Positions 48,001 through 60,300 are shown, numbered from the stretch's first letter. The stretch is DNA of 64,000 nt from Nemertoderma westbladi (GCA_032718475.1 JAUCBJ010001254.1:29275-93274), one strand, 5' to 3'. The notes: generated by a model not told the origin, from the letters alone. Numbers and translations are program-made.

Positions 48001-50604
48001 GCGACGGCAATCTCCCGGAGTCCGACCCCACTGACTCTCCGTTCTCATCTCGACTACCGACGGCTCGCTGTCCGTCCTCGCTCTTCTATCTTTTGCGGCG
48101 ATACTTCTACTACTGTCTTCCTCTCTTCTCCTATCAGTGGAATATTCCCGCTCACGAGATCTCTCGTCGAACTCCCGGTTAAACCCCACTGTTCTTCTTT
48201 CCTCCTCTGATCGGGCTCGACGCTCCGTCTGCCCTCCCGCGACGTCAACCTGTCTTTCTCTGCTCGATCGCACGTCGCTGGGGATACTCGCAATCCCCCT
48301 ATTATTCTCCGTCGCCGGGTGTTGCGGTTTACCTAATTCGGCCCTCGCATTGTCCGCTGACGGCTGTGGGACACTCTCTGCCCCCCCCCCTCTCGCCGCT
48401 AACTCTCTGTTGTGGGGCCCTTGTAGCCCCCCCCCCCACCCGCTACATTCTACTTCGCTACCTCTCGCCCCGCTACTATATATCTCTCTAGTCGACACAT
48501 CAACCCTACCACAGTCGGGTCTATTCACCCCCGCCTCTCCCTCTGCTATTGCGTGGCCTTCCAGGCCCTCTACTCCCTGCCTACCAACTACGCGGCCTAC
48601 CAGGCCCTCTGCTCCCTGTCTACTAACTACGTGGCCTACCAGGCCCTCTGCTCCCTGTCTACTAACTACGTGGCCTACCAGGCCCTCTGCTCCCTGGTTA
48701 CGTAGGCCCGACGTGTTTACATTAATAGCACCCATATTGGAAACGGAATTAATTTGCTCATTTGAAACAAAATCATTTGTATTATTCTGCGCGACTACGT
48801 TATCTGAATTATTTTGTAAATTCGGGCTAAGATCATTATTTGAATTATTCGAATTATTCTGTGTAATTGCGTTATTTAAGTTATTTTGTAGGTCCGAATT
48901 CGAGTTATTATTTTGATTATTTGAATTATTTTGCGTAACTACATCAATATTAGGATCATTAACACTGGGATTGTTCTGATTTAAATTTAAATTACTACCA
49001 CTAGGCAAAGTATTTCCTGTAATAAAGGTTTGATTAGCGTTATCCCATACGGTACTATTAATATCAACAACGTACTGTACCATTATTATTACCCCCCCGC
49101 CCGTACGGTCGCACCAGTTTTGGGTCTGTCGTGCGGTCCCTGTCAGTGGAGTATTAATAAATATATCTACGGCCCTGGTTTCAGACGGCGTCGCTCGCAC
49201 GTATTCCAACTCGTGCTCCCCTCTAATTATATTTCCCGCAAACTCACTCTGCCGTTTCTCTAATTCCTTGCGCTCTTTTTCACTCTCTGCCATTTTCCCC
49301 TCACGCTCCTGGGTGTCCTTGATGGCCGAGTCTGCGGCACTCTTAATGCTCTCCCTTCGTCTCGCCTCACGCTCTTTGCGTTCCTTTTCCTTTCTCGTCT
49401 CATATTCCTTGCGTTCCTTTTCCCTTTTTGCCTCACGTTCCTTGCGTTCCTCGTCCTCCCTTGCCTCACGCTCTCTGCGTTCCCTTTCCTCTCTCGCTTC
49501 ATGCTCCCTACACTCCCTTTCCTCCATCTCATCATACTCCCTTAGGCTTTTCAAAGCCCTTTCGGCCCTTTCTCCGGTTTCTCTAAGCAATACCGTTTCC
49601 CTCTCTAACCGCACTCTTCCCTCCTCTAGCCGTTCCTTCATTTCTCTCTGACCTTGCTCTGCCATGCTGAGACGGTATGCAGCTCCTATTTTCCTCACCG
49701 CTCTTTCTTTCGCGGAGGATGTAACAGACTTATCGGTTACGACGGACTTCCCCCGCCTTCCCGACCTACTAACTTTCTCCCACTTCCCGGAGCTTTCTCC
49801 GACCGACGAGGCCGAATCCTCGGTGTTAACCTCGGATTCGCCCCCTTCGAGTCCCCTCCAACCCACCGGTTTTACTCCCCGGGCATCGATTAAGTATGGC
49901 CCTATGTACACTGACGCTATGCTAGGTCCCATACTCCCACACTCCCATAGTTCAAACAGTTCGCCTGCAATTCCCTTTGCTCTCTCCCCGGCTAGTTCTC
50001 TCTGCCCAAAACGTATCAGGTAATTTAAGTGTCTATCCGACTCACCTAGTCGCTTTCTCAGTCTCACCTCGTCTACCTTCACCCCTTCCTTCTTGGCGTC
50101 GTTTATCAGCTTCCGGGTCGCGTTGTAGGCCCGTCGAAGTCGCTCAGAAACCCCGACGTCCTCGTCGCCGACCTCTCCTCCGTCCCTCCGGGTTCGACGT
50201 CGTACCGGCGGCTCCACCGTCGCCGTTCCGGTGGGCCGTCCGTCGCCCTCGGCCTGTAGCTGGCCGGCGACATCGGTACCAATCTCTCCTCCGTCTCTTC
50301 GCGTCCGGCGTCGCACCGTCGGCCCCACCGGTTCGGTGGGCCGCTCGTCGCCCTCGGCCGGTAGCTGGCCGGCGACATCGGCGCGCCGTCCTCCGTCCCG
50401 TGTCGACTCATCTCCTTCTCCCTCCGTCTCGCTCTCTTTCTCTCTTGGCTCGACTTCGGGTTCCAGGCCCTCCTCGTCCTGTGCTTCCGGTTCGCCCGTT
50501 ATCGATGGCTCCGGCGTCGTGGGCCTGTATCGTTTGGTCGCGGCCTCGCGGATCGTTAGGTCTTCGTCCGGGGTCCGCGGTGGTGTCTCGCCCGACTCAC
50601 TCAT
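45067..50604 (-). CDS. gag: Gag-protease polyprotein of element C (1845 aa); no RT, RNase H or integrase core
   Basis: LPPVEPFKFDG..EEY..F (DUF1759-like), CQLHRDGTHKTRSC, CHRCVVEEHRSGEC, protease MLVDTGA, and TPFGWMLSGP. Very long low-complexity N-terminus. Confidence 0.93.
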   Translation of the reverse strand: MSESGETPPRTPDEDLTIREAATKRYRPTTPEPSITGEPEAQDEEGLEPEVEPREKESETEGEGDESTRDGGRRADVAGQLPAEGDERPTEPVGPTVRRRTRRDGGEIGTDVAGQLQAEGDGRPTGTATVEPPVRRRTRRDGGEVGDEDVGVSERLRRAYNATRKLINDAKKEGVKVDEVRLRKRLGESDRHLNYLIRFGQRELAGERAKGIAGELFELWECGSMGPSIASVYIGPYLIDARGVKPVGWRGLEGGESEVNTEDSASSVGESSGKWEKVSRSGRRGKSVVTDKSVTSSAKERAVRKIGAAYRLSMAEQGQREMKERLEEGRVRLERETVLLRETGERAERALKSLREYDEMEERECREHEAREERERREREAREDEERKEREAKREKERKEYETRKEKERKEREARRRESIKSAADSAIKDTQEREGKMAESEKERKELEKRQSEFAGNIIRGEHELEYVRATPSETRAVDIFINTPLTGTARQTQNWCDRTGGGVIIMVQYVVDINSTVWDNANQTFITGNTLPSGSNLNLNQNNPSVNDPNIDVVTQNNSNNQNNNSNSDLQNNLNNAITQNNSNNSNNDLSPNLQNNSDNVVAQNNTNDFVSNEQINSVSNMGAINVNTSGLRNQGAEGLVGHVVSRQGAEGLVGHVVSRQGAEGLVGRVVGRQGVEGLEGHAIAEGEAGVNRPDCGRVDVSTREIYSSGARGSEVECSGWGGGLQGPHNRELAARGGGAESVPQPSADNARAELGKPQHPATENNRGIASIPSDVRSSRERQVDVAGGQTERRARSEEERRTVGFNREFDERSREREYSTDRRREEDSSRSIAAKDRRARTDSEPSVVEMRTESQWGRTPGDCRRPGGMRSGETHYTPREGYAMYRYEDENSGEGGRRETFRRNIPTDREYGNRGEDYSRKINFDPEQHMQTVGHTVGLTAHTVGHTERGNVGDRIARTTGLNPEVAEYIPASRPEADRPIPVPAQQYDYSMQGHNIYPGEGGIIADRCMGPNILTSTPVPDIPVGGGQGDIPPSQYQQYTPTGTRTTRPLDENRSCDTDIWRGPLPPMTYPSQRRSRNRTDEPHQTGETMQHPSNPLEAQAMGMATLIDALKTRIELPPVEPFKFDGSRPEEYLQFRRMYSNEILTKNLTQAECLKYLQVYTGGPAYDIVRQYQGIEGGFTTAWRALDREYGHPAKIIRQTLRGITSGGLQDNPVSIKTFANKVEKALIVLKTLDAPYELNASNNITTIAQALPSWLRNKWRKIAFSTREKKGAEPGLEEMSSFLNYEAELITDPVYSEDSLGTSHKPEHDPADPLPRVGQSLPHAATQGTASPQLAGSRATPWRGQKENNTITKHNPNVPSRPNTDNQNTKSVHINLGAIREGLYRERYNPGFECQLHRDGTHKTRSCKHWQALPKQDRVAYTNANGLCHRCVVEEHRSGECGETAVRESETGGQTMATSTPEEEKKRKVLLGVVPVKISGEGGRSVTTLMLVDTGAAFTLVENWVAEEIGLKTRPNRMAVTTVSSKDEVLETRTGRCRIAAIAPGCGYGATIDPIHVIESININARRPTNTEVEQYRFLDGIDFSIPKVDVRKVSIIVGMDCPTAHERMKTVFGEDRQRDPTAILTPFGWMLSGPVKTKIPCSVTETSGCMLPGTAGAVDKEEKQEIVEPDREVTVRKWAEESRFPNKHRYGDGAERTARCPEDNTPGECPEECRKECLEECPEECPEETQVRLGGIPTRGNSRRKAGWKGIGLLFYLLFCLFFHFLFILPAGDNKEGGGILMPGDELVKKAAERPDFRVAEEGEPIPGEMELAKRVRRILQDLQEQQWESACWKNRPS

Positions 50605-50720
50605 CTCGTCTGGTGGCTGATGGTTCGGCTAGCTAGGGTGGAGTTCTTTGTGTTTAACTGGGGCGGCAGCTCGTCTTTAGTTACTGAGTTTAGCTGGGGA
50701 AGCAACACCGTTTTAGTTAC

Positions 50721-51257
50721 TGTGACGGGATCCAGGAGGGATCCCGATTTATCCGATGTGGTATTTAGTCCACGCGTCCCCGCCGTGTATAAGAGTGAAA
50801 TAAAGATAACTGAGTTCTGAAGTTCGGTGTATAATAATAGGTTATAGGATATAGATATATTGTGAATGTGTACAAGGCGGGATACGGTAACTAAAGTCCC
50901 GTGATCCCCTAACTAAACTAATTGGCTGTACCCTACGCTAGCACTGCTGCACTGAGATAACTGAATCACTGATTAATAGGTTATTGGTTATATTGCACGG
51001 TGGCCTTACTGCTACTCAATCGATGCCATTCCCCCCTCTGATTGGTTAATACCCTTGTTGGCGCCCCGTGGAGTATTCCCGTTCACTCCACCTGTTCTCC
51101 TTGGGTTAGGGGTTTGGCCCCTGACCTTCTATTGTGTGCCTCCTTCCCACTCTTATTGGGATGGCACGAGTTGGTTAATTGCCCAATCTCGTGGCTCCCA
51201 ATATTGCTTATCGGCTAATAACTTTATGGGGTGTTGGCGGGATTGAATAAGCTAACA
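50721..51257 (-). repeat. 5' LTR of element C
   Basis: Direct repeat of 43276-43812. Confidence 0.97.
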
Positions 51258-51377
51258 AGATGCCTCTTAAAGGACACTGGCCTTGAAAATGCGGATGATC
51301 TATCAAATTTCAGGGGTGTTGGGATGGGAGATGTGGAACTTTGTCGACAAGCCGACACAGCATTCTTTATATATAAT

Positions 51378-54300
51378 GGTTGTTTATTCGAGACCCGGCG
51401 TTTATTCGATTCAAGGCATTTATTCATTCGATTCACGGTGTTTATACGGGGTGTTTATTCGAATCAGGGAGTTTATTCGAGCCAAGGTTACCGGTATATT
51501 CGAATCAGGGTGTTTATTCGAATAAGGGTGTTTATTCGAGCCAAGGTTACCGGTATATTCGAATCAGGGTGTTTATTCGAGCCAGAGTGTTTATTCGAGC
51601 TAGGGTGTTTATTCGAGCCAGGGTTTTATTCGCATCAAGGTGTTTATTCGAGCCGGGGTTTTATTAGAATCAGGGTGTTTATTCGAGTAAGGTGTTTATT
51701 CGAGCCAAGGTATTTATTCGAGTCAGGGTGTTTATTCGAGCCAGGGTGTTTATTCAAGCCAGCGTTTTATTAAAATCAGGGTGTTTATTCGAGTAAGGGT
51801 GTTTATTCGAGCCAGGGTTTTATTCGAGCCAGGGTGTTTATTCGAGCCAGGGTTTTATTAGAATCAGGGAGTATATTCGAATCAGGGTGTTTAATCGATC
51901 CAGGGTGTTTATTCGAGCCAGGGTTTTATTCGAGTCAGGGTTTTATTAGAATCAGGGTGTTTATTCGAGCAAGGGTGTTTATTCGAGCCAGGGTTTTATT
52001 CGAACCAGTGTGTTTATTCGAGCCAGGGTGTTTATTCGAACCAGGGTGTTTATTCGAGCCAGGGTGTTTATTCGAGCCAGGGTGTTTATTCGAGCCACGG
52101 TTTTATTCGAGTCAGGGCTTTATTCGAATCAGGGTGTTTATTCGAGCAAGGGTGTTTATTCGAGCCAGGGTTTTATTCGAACCAGTGTGTTTATTCGAGC
52201 AAGGGTGTTTATTCGAGCCAGGGTGTTTATTCGAGCCAGGGTGTTTATTCGAGCCAGGGTGTTTATTGAGCCAAGGTTTTATTCGAGCCAGGGTGTTTAT
52301 TCGAGCCAGGGTTTTATTCGAGCCAGGTTTTTATTCGAATCAGGGTGTTTATTCGAGCCAGGGTGTTTATTCGAGCCATGGTGTTTATTCGACCCAGGGT
52401 TTTATTCGAGCCAGGGTGTTCATTCGAGCCAGGGTGTTTATTCGAGCCAGGGTGTTTATTCGAGCCAGGGTGTTTATTCAAGCCAGGGTGTTTATTCGAG
52501 CCAGGGTTTTATTCCAGTCAGGGTTATATTAGAATCAGGGTTATATTCGAGTCAGGGTGTTTATTCGAGCCAGAGTTTTATTCGAGCCAGGATGTTTATT
52601 CGAGCCAGGGTTTTATTAGAATCAGGGTGTTTATTAGAATCAGGGTGTTTATTTGAGCCAGGGTGTTTATTCGAGCCATGGTGTTTATTCGACCCAGGGT
52701 TTTATTCGAGCCAGGGTGTTTATTCGAGCCAGAGTGTTTATTCGAGCCAGGGTGTTTATTCGAGCCAGGGTGTTTATTCGAGCCAGGGTGTTTATTCGAG
52801 CCAGGGTTTTATTCCAGTCAGGGTTATATTAGAATCAGGGTTATATTCGAGTCAGGGTGTTTACGTGAGCCTGAGTTTTATTCGAGCCAGGATGTTTATT
52901 CGAGCCAGGGTTTTATTAGAATCAGGGTGTTTATTAGAATCAGGGTGTTTATTCGAGCCAGGGTGTTTATTCGACCCATGGTGTTTATTCGACCCAGGGT
53001 TTTATTCGAGCCAGGGTGTTTTTTCGAGCCAGGGTGTTTATTCGAGCCAGGGTGTTTATTCGAGCCAGGGTGTTTATTCGAGCCAGGGTTTTATTCGAGT
53101 CAGGGTTATATTCGAGTTAGGGTGTTTATTCGAGCCAGAGTTTTATTCGAGCCAGGGTGTTTATTCGAGCCAGGGTTTTATTAGAATCAGGGTGTTTTTT
53201 AGAATCAGGGTGTTTATTCGAGCCAGGGTGTTTATTCGAGCCAGGGTTTTATTCGAGTCAGGGTTTTATTAGAATCAGGGTCTTTATTCGAGCAAGGGTG
53301 TTTATTCGAGCCATGGTTTTATTCGAGCCAGTGTGTTTATTCGAGCCAGGGTGTTTATTCGAGCCAGGGTGTTTATTCGAATCAGGGTGTTTATTCGAGC
53401 CAGGGTGTTTATTCCAGCCAGGGTGTTTATTCGAGCCAGGTTTTTATTCGAGCCAGGGTGTTTATTCGAGCCAGGATGTTTATTCGAGCCAGGGTGTTTA
53501 TTCGAGCCAGGGTTTTATTCGAGTCAGGGTTTTATTAGAATCAGGGTTATATTCGAGTCAGGGTGTTTATTCGAGCCAGGGTTTTATTCGAGCCAGGGAG
53601 TTTATTCGAGTCAATGTGTTTATTCGTGCCAGGGTGTTTATTCGAGCCAGGGTTTTATTCGAGCCAGGGTGTTTATTCGAGACTGGGTTTTATTCGAATC
53701 AGGGTGTTTATTCGAGCCAGGGTGTTTATTCGAGCCAGGATGTTTATTCGAGCCACGGGGTGTTTATTCGAGCCAGGGTGTTTATTCGAGCCAGGGTGTT
53801 TATTCGAGCCAGGGTGTTTATTCGAGCCAGGGTGTTTATTCGAGCCAGGATGTTTATTCGAGCCACGGGGTGTTTATTCGAGCCAGGGTGTTTATTCGAG
53901 CCAGGGTGTTTATTCGAGCCAGGGTGTTTATTCGAGCCAGGGTGTTTATTCGAGCCAGGGTGTTTATTCAAGCCAGGGTTTTATTCGAGCCAGGGTGTTT
54001 ATTAGAAACTGGGTTTTATTCGAATCAGGATGTTTATTCGAGCCAGGGTGTTTATTCGAGCCAGGGTGTTTATTCGAGCCAGGGTTTTATTCGAGCCAGG
54101 GTGTTTATTAGAAACTGGGTTTTATTCGAATCAGGATGTTTATTCGAGCCAGGGTGTTTATTCGAGCCAGGGTGTTTATTCGAGCCAGGGTTTTATTCGA
54201 GCCAGGGTGTTTATTAGAAACTGGGTTTTATTCGAATCAGGATGTTTATTCAGGCCAGGGTGTTTATTCGAGCCAGGGTGTTTATTCGAGCCAGGGTGTT

Positions 54301-55140
54301 TATTCGAGCCAGGTTGTTTATTCGAGCCAGGGTGTTTATTTGAGTCAGGGTTATACTCGAATCAGGGTGTATATTGAGTCAGGGCGATTATTCGAGCCAG
54401 TGTTTTATTCGAGTCAGGGTGTTTATTCGAGCCAGTGTTTTATTCGAGCCAGGGTTTTATTCGAGCCAGGGTGTTTATTAGAAACTGGGTTTTATTCGAG
54501 CCAGGGTTTTTATTCGAGCCAGGGTGTTTATTTGAGTCAGGGTTATACTCGAATCAGGGTGTATATTGAGTCAGGGCGATTATTCGAGCCAGTGTTTTAT
54601 TCGAGTCAGGGTGTTTATTCGAGCCAGTGTTTTATTCGAGCCAGGGTTTTATTCGAGCCAGGGTGTTTATTAGAAACTGGGTTTTATTCGAATCAGGATG
54701 TTTATTCGAGCCAGGGTTTTTATTCGAGGCAGGTTGTTTATTCGAGCCAGTGTTGTATTCGAGCCAGGGTGTTTATTTGAGTCAGGGTTATACTCGAATC
54801 AGGGTGTATATTGAGTCAGGGTGATTATTCGATCCAGTGTTTTATTCGAGTCAGGGTGTTTATTCGAGCCAGAGTTTTATTCGAGTCAGGGTGTTTATTC
54901 GAGCCAGGGTGTTCATTCGAGCCAGGGTTTTATTCGAGCCAGGGTGTTTATTAGAAACTGGATTTTATTCGAATCAGGATGTTTATTCGAGCCAGGGTGT
55001 TTATTCGAGCCAGGGTTATACTCGAATCAGGGTGTATATTGAGTCAGGGTGATTATTCGAGCCAGTGTTTTATTCGAGCCAGTGTTTTATTCGAGTCAGG
55101 GTGTTTATTCGAGTCAGGGTGTTATTCGTGTAAATAGGGT
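51378..55140. repeat. Minisatellite of about 3.75 kb, 18-bp unit with shorter variants
   Basis: Unit TTTATTCGAGCCAGGGTG with variants GAATCAGGG, GAGTCAGGG and GAAACTGGG, arranged in higher-order blocks. Confidence 0.98.
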
Positions 55141-57302
55141 TTTATATATGTTTATTAATTAAATTGGAATCGTTAATATCGAACAAACAGTTTATAATTA
55201 TTATAATAAATTGTATTTTTGCAATTTTACTATGTAAATAACGATGTCTAATAAACTTATTTTTGCTATTAAATGTTTAATTTAAACTGATATCTACTAG
55301 TGATGAGTTGGAAAATCGAGTAATTAATGGCAAGATAATGTAAATCATCGGTTGAACATTCGCTAATAACCGAAAGCATCTCAGTTTTTAGAACAATGGG
55401 GCATTTTAGATTATTTAATATATGTAAATAAACATGTTGGCCCTACCTGTATTATAAAGTAAAGCAGTAAAGTAATTAATTAAAATAGAGAATAATTGAA
55501 ATGTCTATAGAGTAGCAAATACTATCAACAGAAAAATTAATTAGTCACAAAAAATTAACTTTTGCTACATTATGTCAGCTTTCTGGTGAAACTTCGGTAC
55601 CCTAAAAATCCATTTTGTAGCGTCACTGCCTATAAATAGGTAGGAACACTAAAAGTAATTACATTAGACTTCTAGAATATGTTTGGAGTATTACTTATTT
55701 GTTGTTTTAAACTTGATGATAGCCACTGCATGCTAAGTGTAAGTTTATCGTAGAGCTGTGGTACCAGCTGAAATTAGGGCCACTATTTAGTTTGTTTAAT
55801 GAAGCGCTTGGAACTCCGATAAGTTGACATAAAGTAACAAGATTACATACATTATTATTGTAGAAAAATTGTACTATTCAGCCTTTATAACCCTTGTAAA
55901 GTATATTCCTCGCTGCGCTCGCTCGCTACATAAATACACTCGGCTCATAAACGCTGCAATGTACTACTTTTACATATCGTATCATTTTTTTAAAATATAA
56001 ATCAATGATATATCACATAAGTAAAGTGTAGGCCTTTATTTATGCAGCATATATGCAGCACAGTAAAGATAACAATAAAGGTTATACGTTAATACTTATG
56101 TTTTAGGATTCATGTTTCGTTTAGTTTAATAATATTATCGTGAACATCGCACGAACATTCGCCCCAGCAATTGGATAAAATACAAAGAGTAATATCTTTT
56201 TGGAGACAGGAGAGGGGGGGGGGGGGGGGGGACTGGACGCAAAACCCGCATTGGCGAATTAATATCCCGCCTCAATGTTAAATTCTGAATTTAGGGAAAG
56301 GAGAAGGTTAGTGGCACCTTATTTAACCAAAACAATAAAAAAGAATAAATAGAAACAATAAAAATGATGCTATGAAGAATAGAAAAGGTTACAGTTTTAT
56401 TTTTAAGAATAATCAGCTGTTATTTTCGTGGAATTTCCCCTGGAGAGGGATGAATTTTAATTGCGTCGAGTACCCCCCCCTATCTGAATTTTTGATAATT
56501 TTTGGTATATAGATTATTACAATACAAAAGACAATCTAGTCATATATTATATTCTCAATTATAGATAATTAAATTAAATACCTGGATTTATATTACACAA
56601 ATTAAATTTGAATTAAATTGTTCAATATTTATATTATTCAAGATGAAATAATTAGCCTAACTTTTGCACCATTAATCGCCTAACCAACTTATATTTACAG
56701 AGAAACTTATATTACTGAAATCGATACATCTTCGCAATACTTCTAACATCCACACAGCACATTAATTTTCAACCTTTATTTCATTATTAATTAACTTGGC
56801 CCTTAGCTTTAGAGGTTATAGTTGAGGCTACAACTTTAGTTGTCTAACAAATAAAATATTAGTCTAGGTGGGTTTAATATGAGAGGAAAATTCTTCGTAT
56901 AAATACGAATATCTTCATAGAATTGCAGAATTTCCACGAAATGACATACGAATATTTGATGTTATTTGACAAAATAAATCATCAGAATTAGCATTCGTCA
57001 TTACATTAATAGTTATTATCATACATCGGCGATGGAATTGTTTCAGAGCTATAAAAAGAACACCGTATATATTAGATATTAATTGCAATTGAAATGTTTG
57101 ATCGCGTAATTACATACAATAATAATTACAACTCTGAATAAATAAACCCCTAGAACTAATACGCAAAAGACCCTTGAGATTAGAACCAAAACCGAAATAA
57201 TAAAAATCGTATTTTTCAACCCACACCAATTAATTATGATAGGGTAGCGGTGCATGGAGACTGATGACAGCTGACAAACATGGGGAATTCCATGATGGGG
57301 GT

Positions 57303-60300
57303 ATATAGATCTAAACATACATAGATCCGGACATACATAGATCCGGACATACATAGATCCGGTACGGACATACATAGATCCGGACATACATAGACCCGGA
57401 TATACATAGATCCGAATATACATAGATCCGGACATACATAGATCCGGATATACATAGATCCGGTACGGACATACATAGATCCGGACATACATAGATCCGG
57501 ATATACATAGATCCGGATATACATAGATCCGGATATACATAGATCCGGACATACATAGATCCGGATATACATAGATCCGGATATACATAGATCCGGATAT
57601 ACATAAATCCGGATATACATAGATCCGGACATACATAGATCCGAATATACATAGATCCGGACATACATAGATCCGGATATACATAGATCCGGTCCGGACA
57701 TACATAGATCCGGATATACATAGATCCGGATATACATAGATCCGGACATACATAGATCCGGATATACATAGATCCGGTCCGGACATACATAGATCCGGAT
57801 ATACATAGATCCGGACATACATAGATCCGGATATACATAGATCCGGTCCGGACATACATAGATCCGGATATACATAGATCCGGTCCGGACATACATAGAT
57901 CCGGATATACATAGATCCGGACATACATAGATCCGGTACGGACATACATAGATCCGGACATACATAGATCCGGATATACATAGATCCGGACATACATAGA
58001 TCCGGATATACATAGATCCGGATATACATAGATCCGGTACGGACATACATAGATCCGGATATACATAGATCCGGACATACATAGATCCGGTACGGACATA
58101 CATAGATCCGGACATACATAGATCCGGATATACATAGATCCGGTCCGGACATACATAGATCCGGATATACATAGATCCGGATATACATAGATCCGGATAT
58201 ACATAGATCCGGATATACATAGATCCGGTACGGACATACATAGATCCGGATATACATAGATCCGGATATACATAGATCCGGACATACATAGATCCGGATA
58301 TACATAGATCCGGATATACATAGATCCGGATATACATAGATCCGGAGATACATAGATCCGGATATACATAGATCCGGATATACATAGATCCGGTACGGAC
58401 ATACATAGATCCGGATATACATAGATCCGGACATACATAGATCCGGACATACATAGATCCGGTACGGACATACATAGATCCGGACATACATAGATCCGGA
58501 TATACTTAGATCCGGACATACATAGATCCGAATATACATAGATCCGGACATACATAGATCCGGATATACATAGATCCGGATATACATAGATCCGGATATA
58601 CATAGATCCTGATATACATAGATCCGGATATACATAGATCCGGATATACATAGATCCGGATATACATAGATCCGGATATACATAGATCCGGACATACATA
58701 GATCCGGATATACATAGATCCGGTCCGGACATACATAGATCCGGATATACATAGATCCGGATATACATAGATCCGGATATACATAGATCCGGATATACAT
58801 AGATCCGGATATACATAGATCCGGATATACATAGATCCGGATATACATAGATCCGGTCCGGACATACATAGATCCGGATATACATAGATCCGGATATACA
58901 TAGATCCGGTCCGGACATACATAGATCCGGATATACATAGATCCGGATATACATAGATCCGGATATACATAGATCCGGATATACATAGATCCGGATATAC
59001 ATAGATCCGGTACGGACATACATAGATCCGGACATACATAGATCCGGATATACATAGATCCGGACATACATAGATCCGGATATACATAGATCCGGATATA
59101 CATAGATCCGGATATACATAGATCCGGATATACATAGATCCGGACATACATAGATCCGGATATACATAGATCCGGATATACATAGATCCGGATATACATA
59201 GATCCGGATATACATAGATCCGGACATACATAGATCCGGATATACATAGATCCGGACATACATAGATCCGGATATACATAGATCCGGATATACATAGATC
59301 CGGATATACATAGATCCGGATATACATAGATCCGGATATACATAGATCCGGATATACATAGATCCGGATATACATAGATCCGGATATACATAGATCCGGA
59401 TATACATAGATCCGGACATACATAGATCCGGATATACATAGATCCGGATATACATAGATCCGGATATACATAGATCCGGACATACATAGATCCGGATATA
59501 CATAGATCCGGACATACATAGATCCGGATATACATAGATCCGGATATACATAGATCCGGATATACATAGATCCGGATATACATAGATCCGGTCCGGACAT
59601 ACATAGATCCGGATATACATAGATCCGGATATACATAGATCCGGTCCGGACATACATAGATCCGGATATACATAGATCCGGATATACATAGATCCGGACA
59701 TACATAGATCCGGATATACATAGATCCGGATATACATAGATCCGGATATACATAGATCCGGTCCGGACATACATAGATCCGGATATACATAGATCCGGAT
59801 ATACATAGATCCGGACATACATAGATCCGGATATACATAGATCCGGTCCGGACATACATAGATCCGGATATACATAGATCCGGATATACATAGATCCGGA
59901 TATACATAGATCCGGATATACATAGATCCGGTCCGGACATACATAGATCCGGATATATATAGATCCGGACATACATAGATCCGGATATACATAGATCCGG
60001 TCCGGACATACATAGATCCGGATATACATAGATCCGGATATACATAGATCCGGACATACATAGATCCGGATATACATAGATCCGGTCCGGACATACATAG
60101 ATCCGGATATACATAGATCCGGATATACATAGATCCGGATATACATAGATCCGGATATACATAGATCCGGATATACATAGATCCGGATATACATAGATCC
60201 GGATATACATAGATCCGGTCCGGACATACATAGATCCGGATATACATAGATCCGGATATACATAGATCCGGTCCGGACATACATAGATCCGGATATACAT

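Larger units (their letters stand above)
43276..51257 (-). mobile_element. Element C: young non-autonomous BEL/Pao LTR retrotransposon (7982 bp)
   Basis: 537-bp LTRs at 50721-51257 and 43276-43812 (2-3 differences). TSD AGATG at 43271-43275 and 51258-51262. PPT GGGGGGGAG at 43813-43821. One intact ORF. Confidence 0.97.

Noticed and set aside
51231-55052. Many overlapping plus-strand ORFs (FIRARV / CLFEPG / YSSQGV)
   Set aside because: Three-frame readings of the 18-bp minisatellite.
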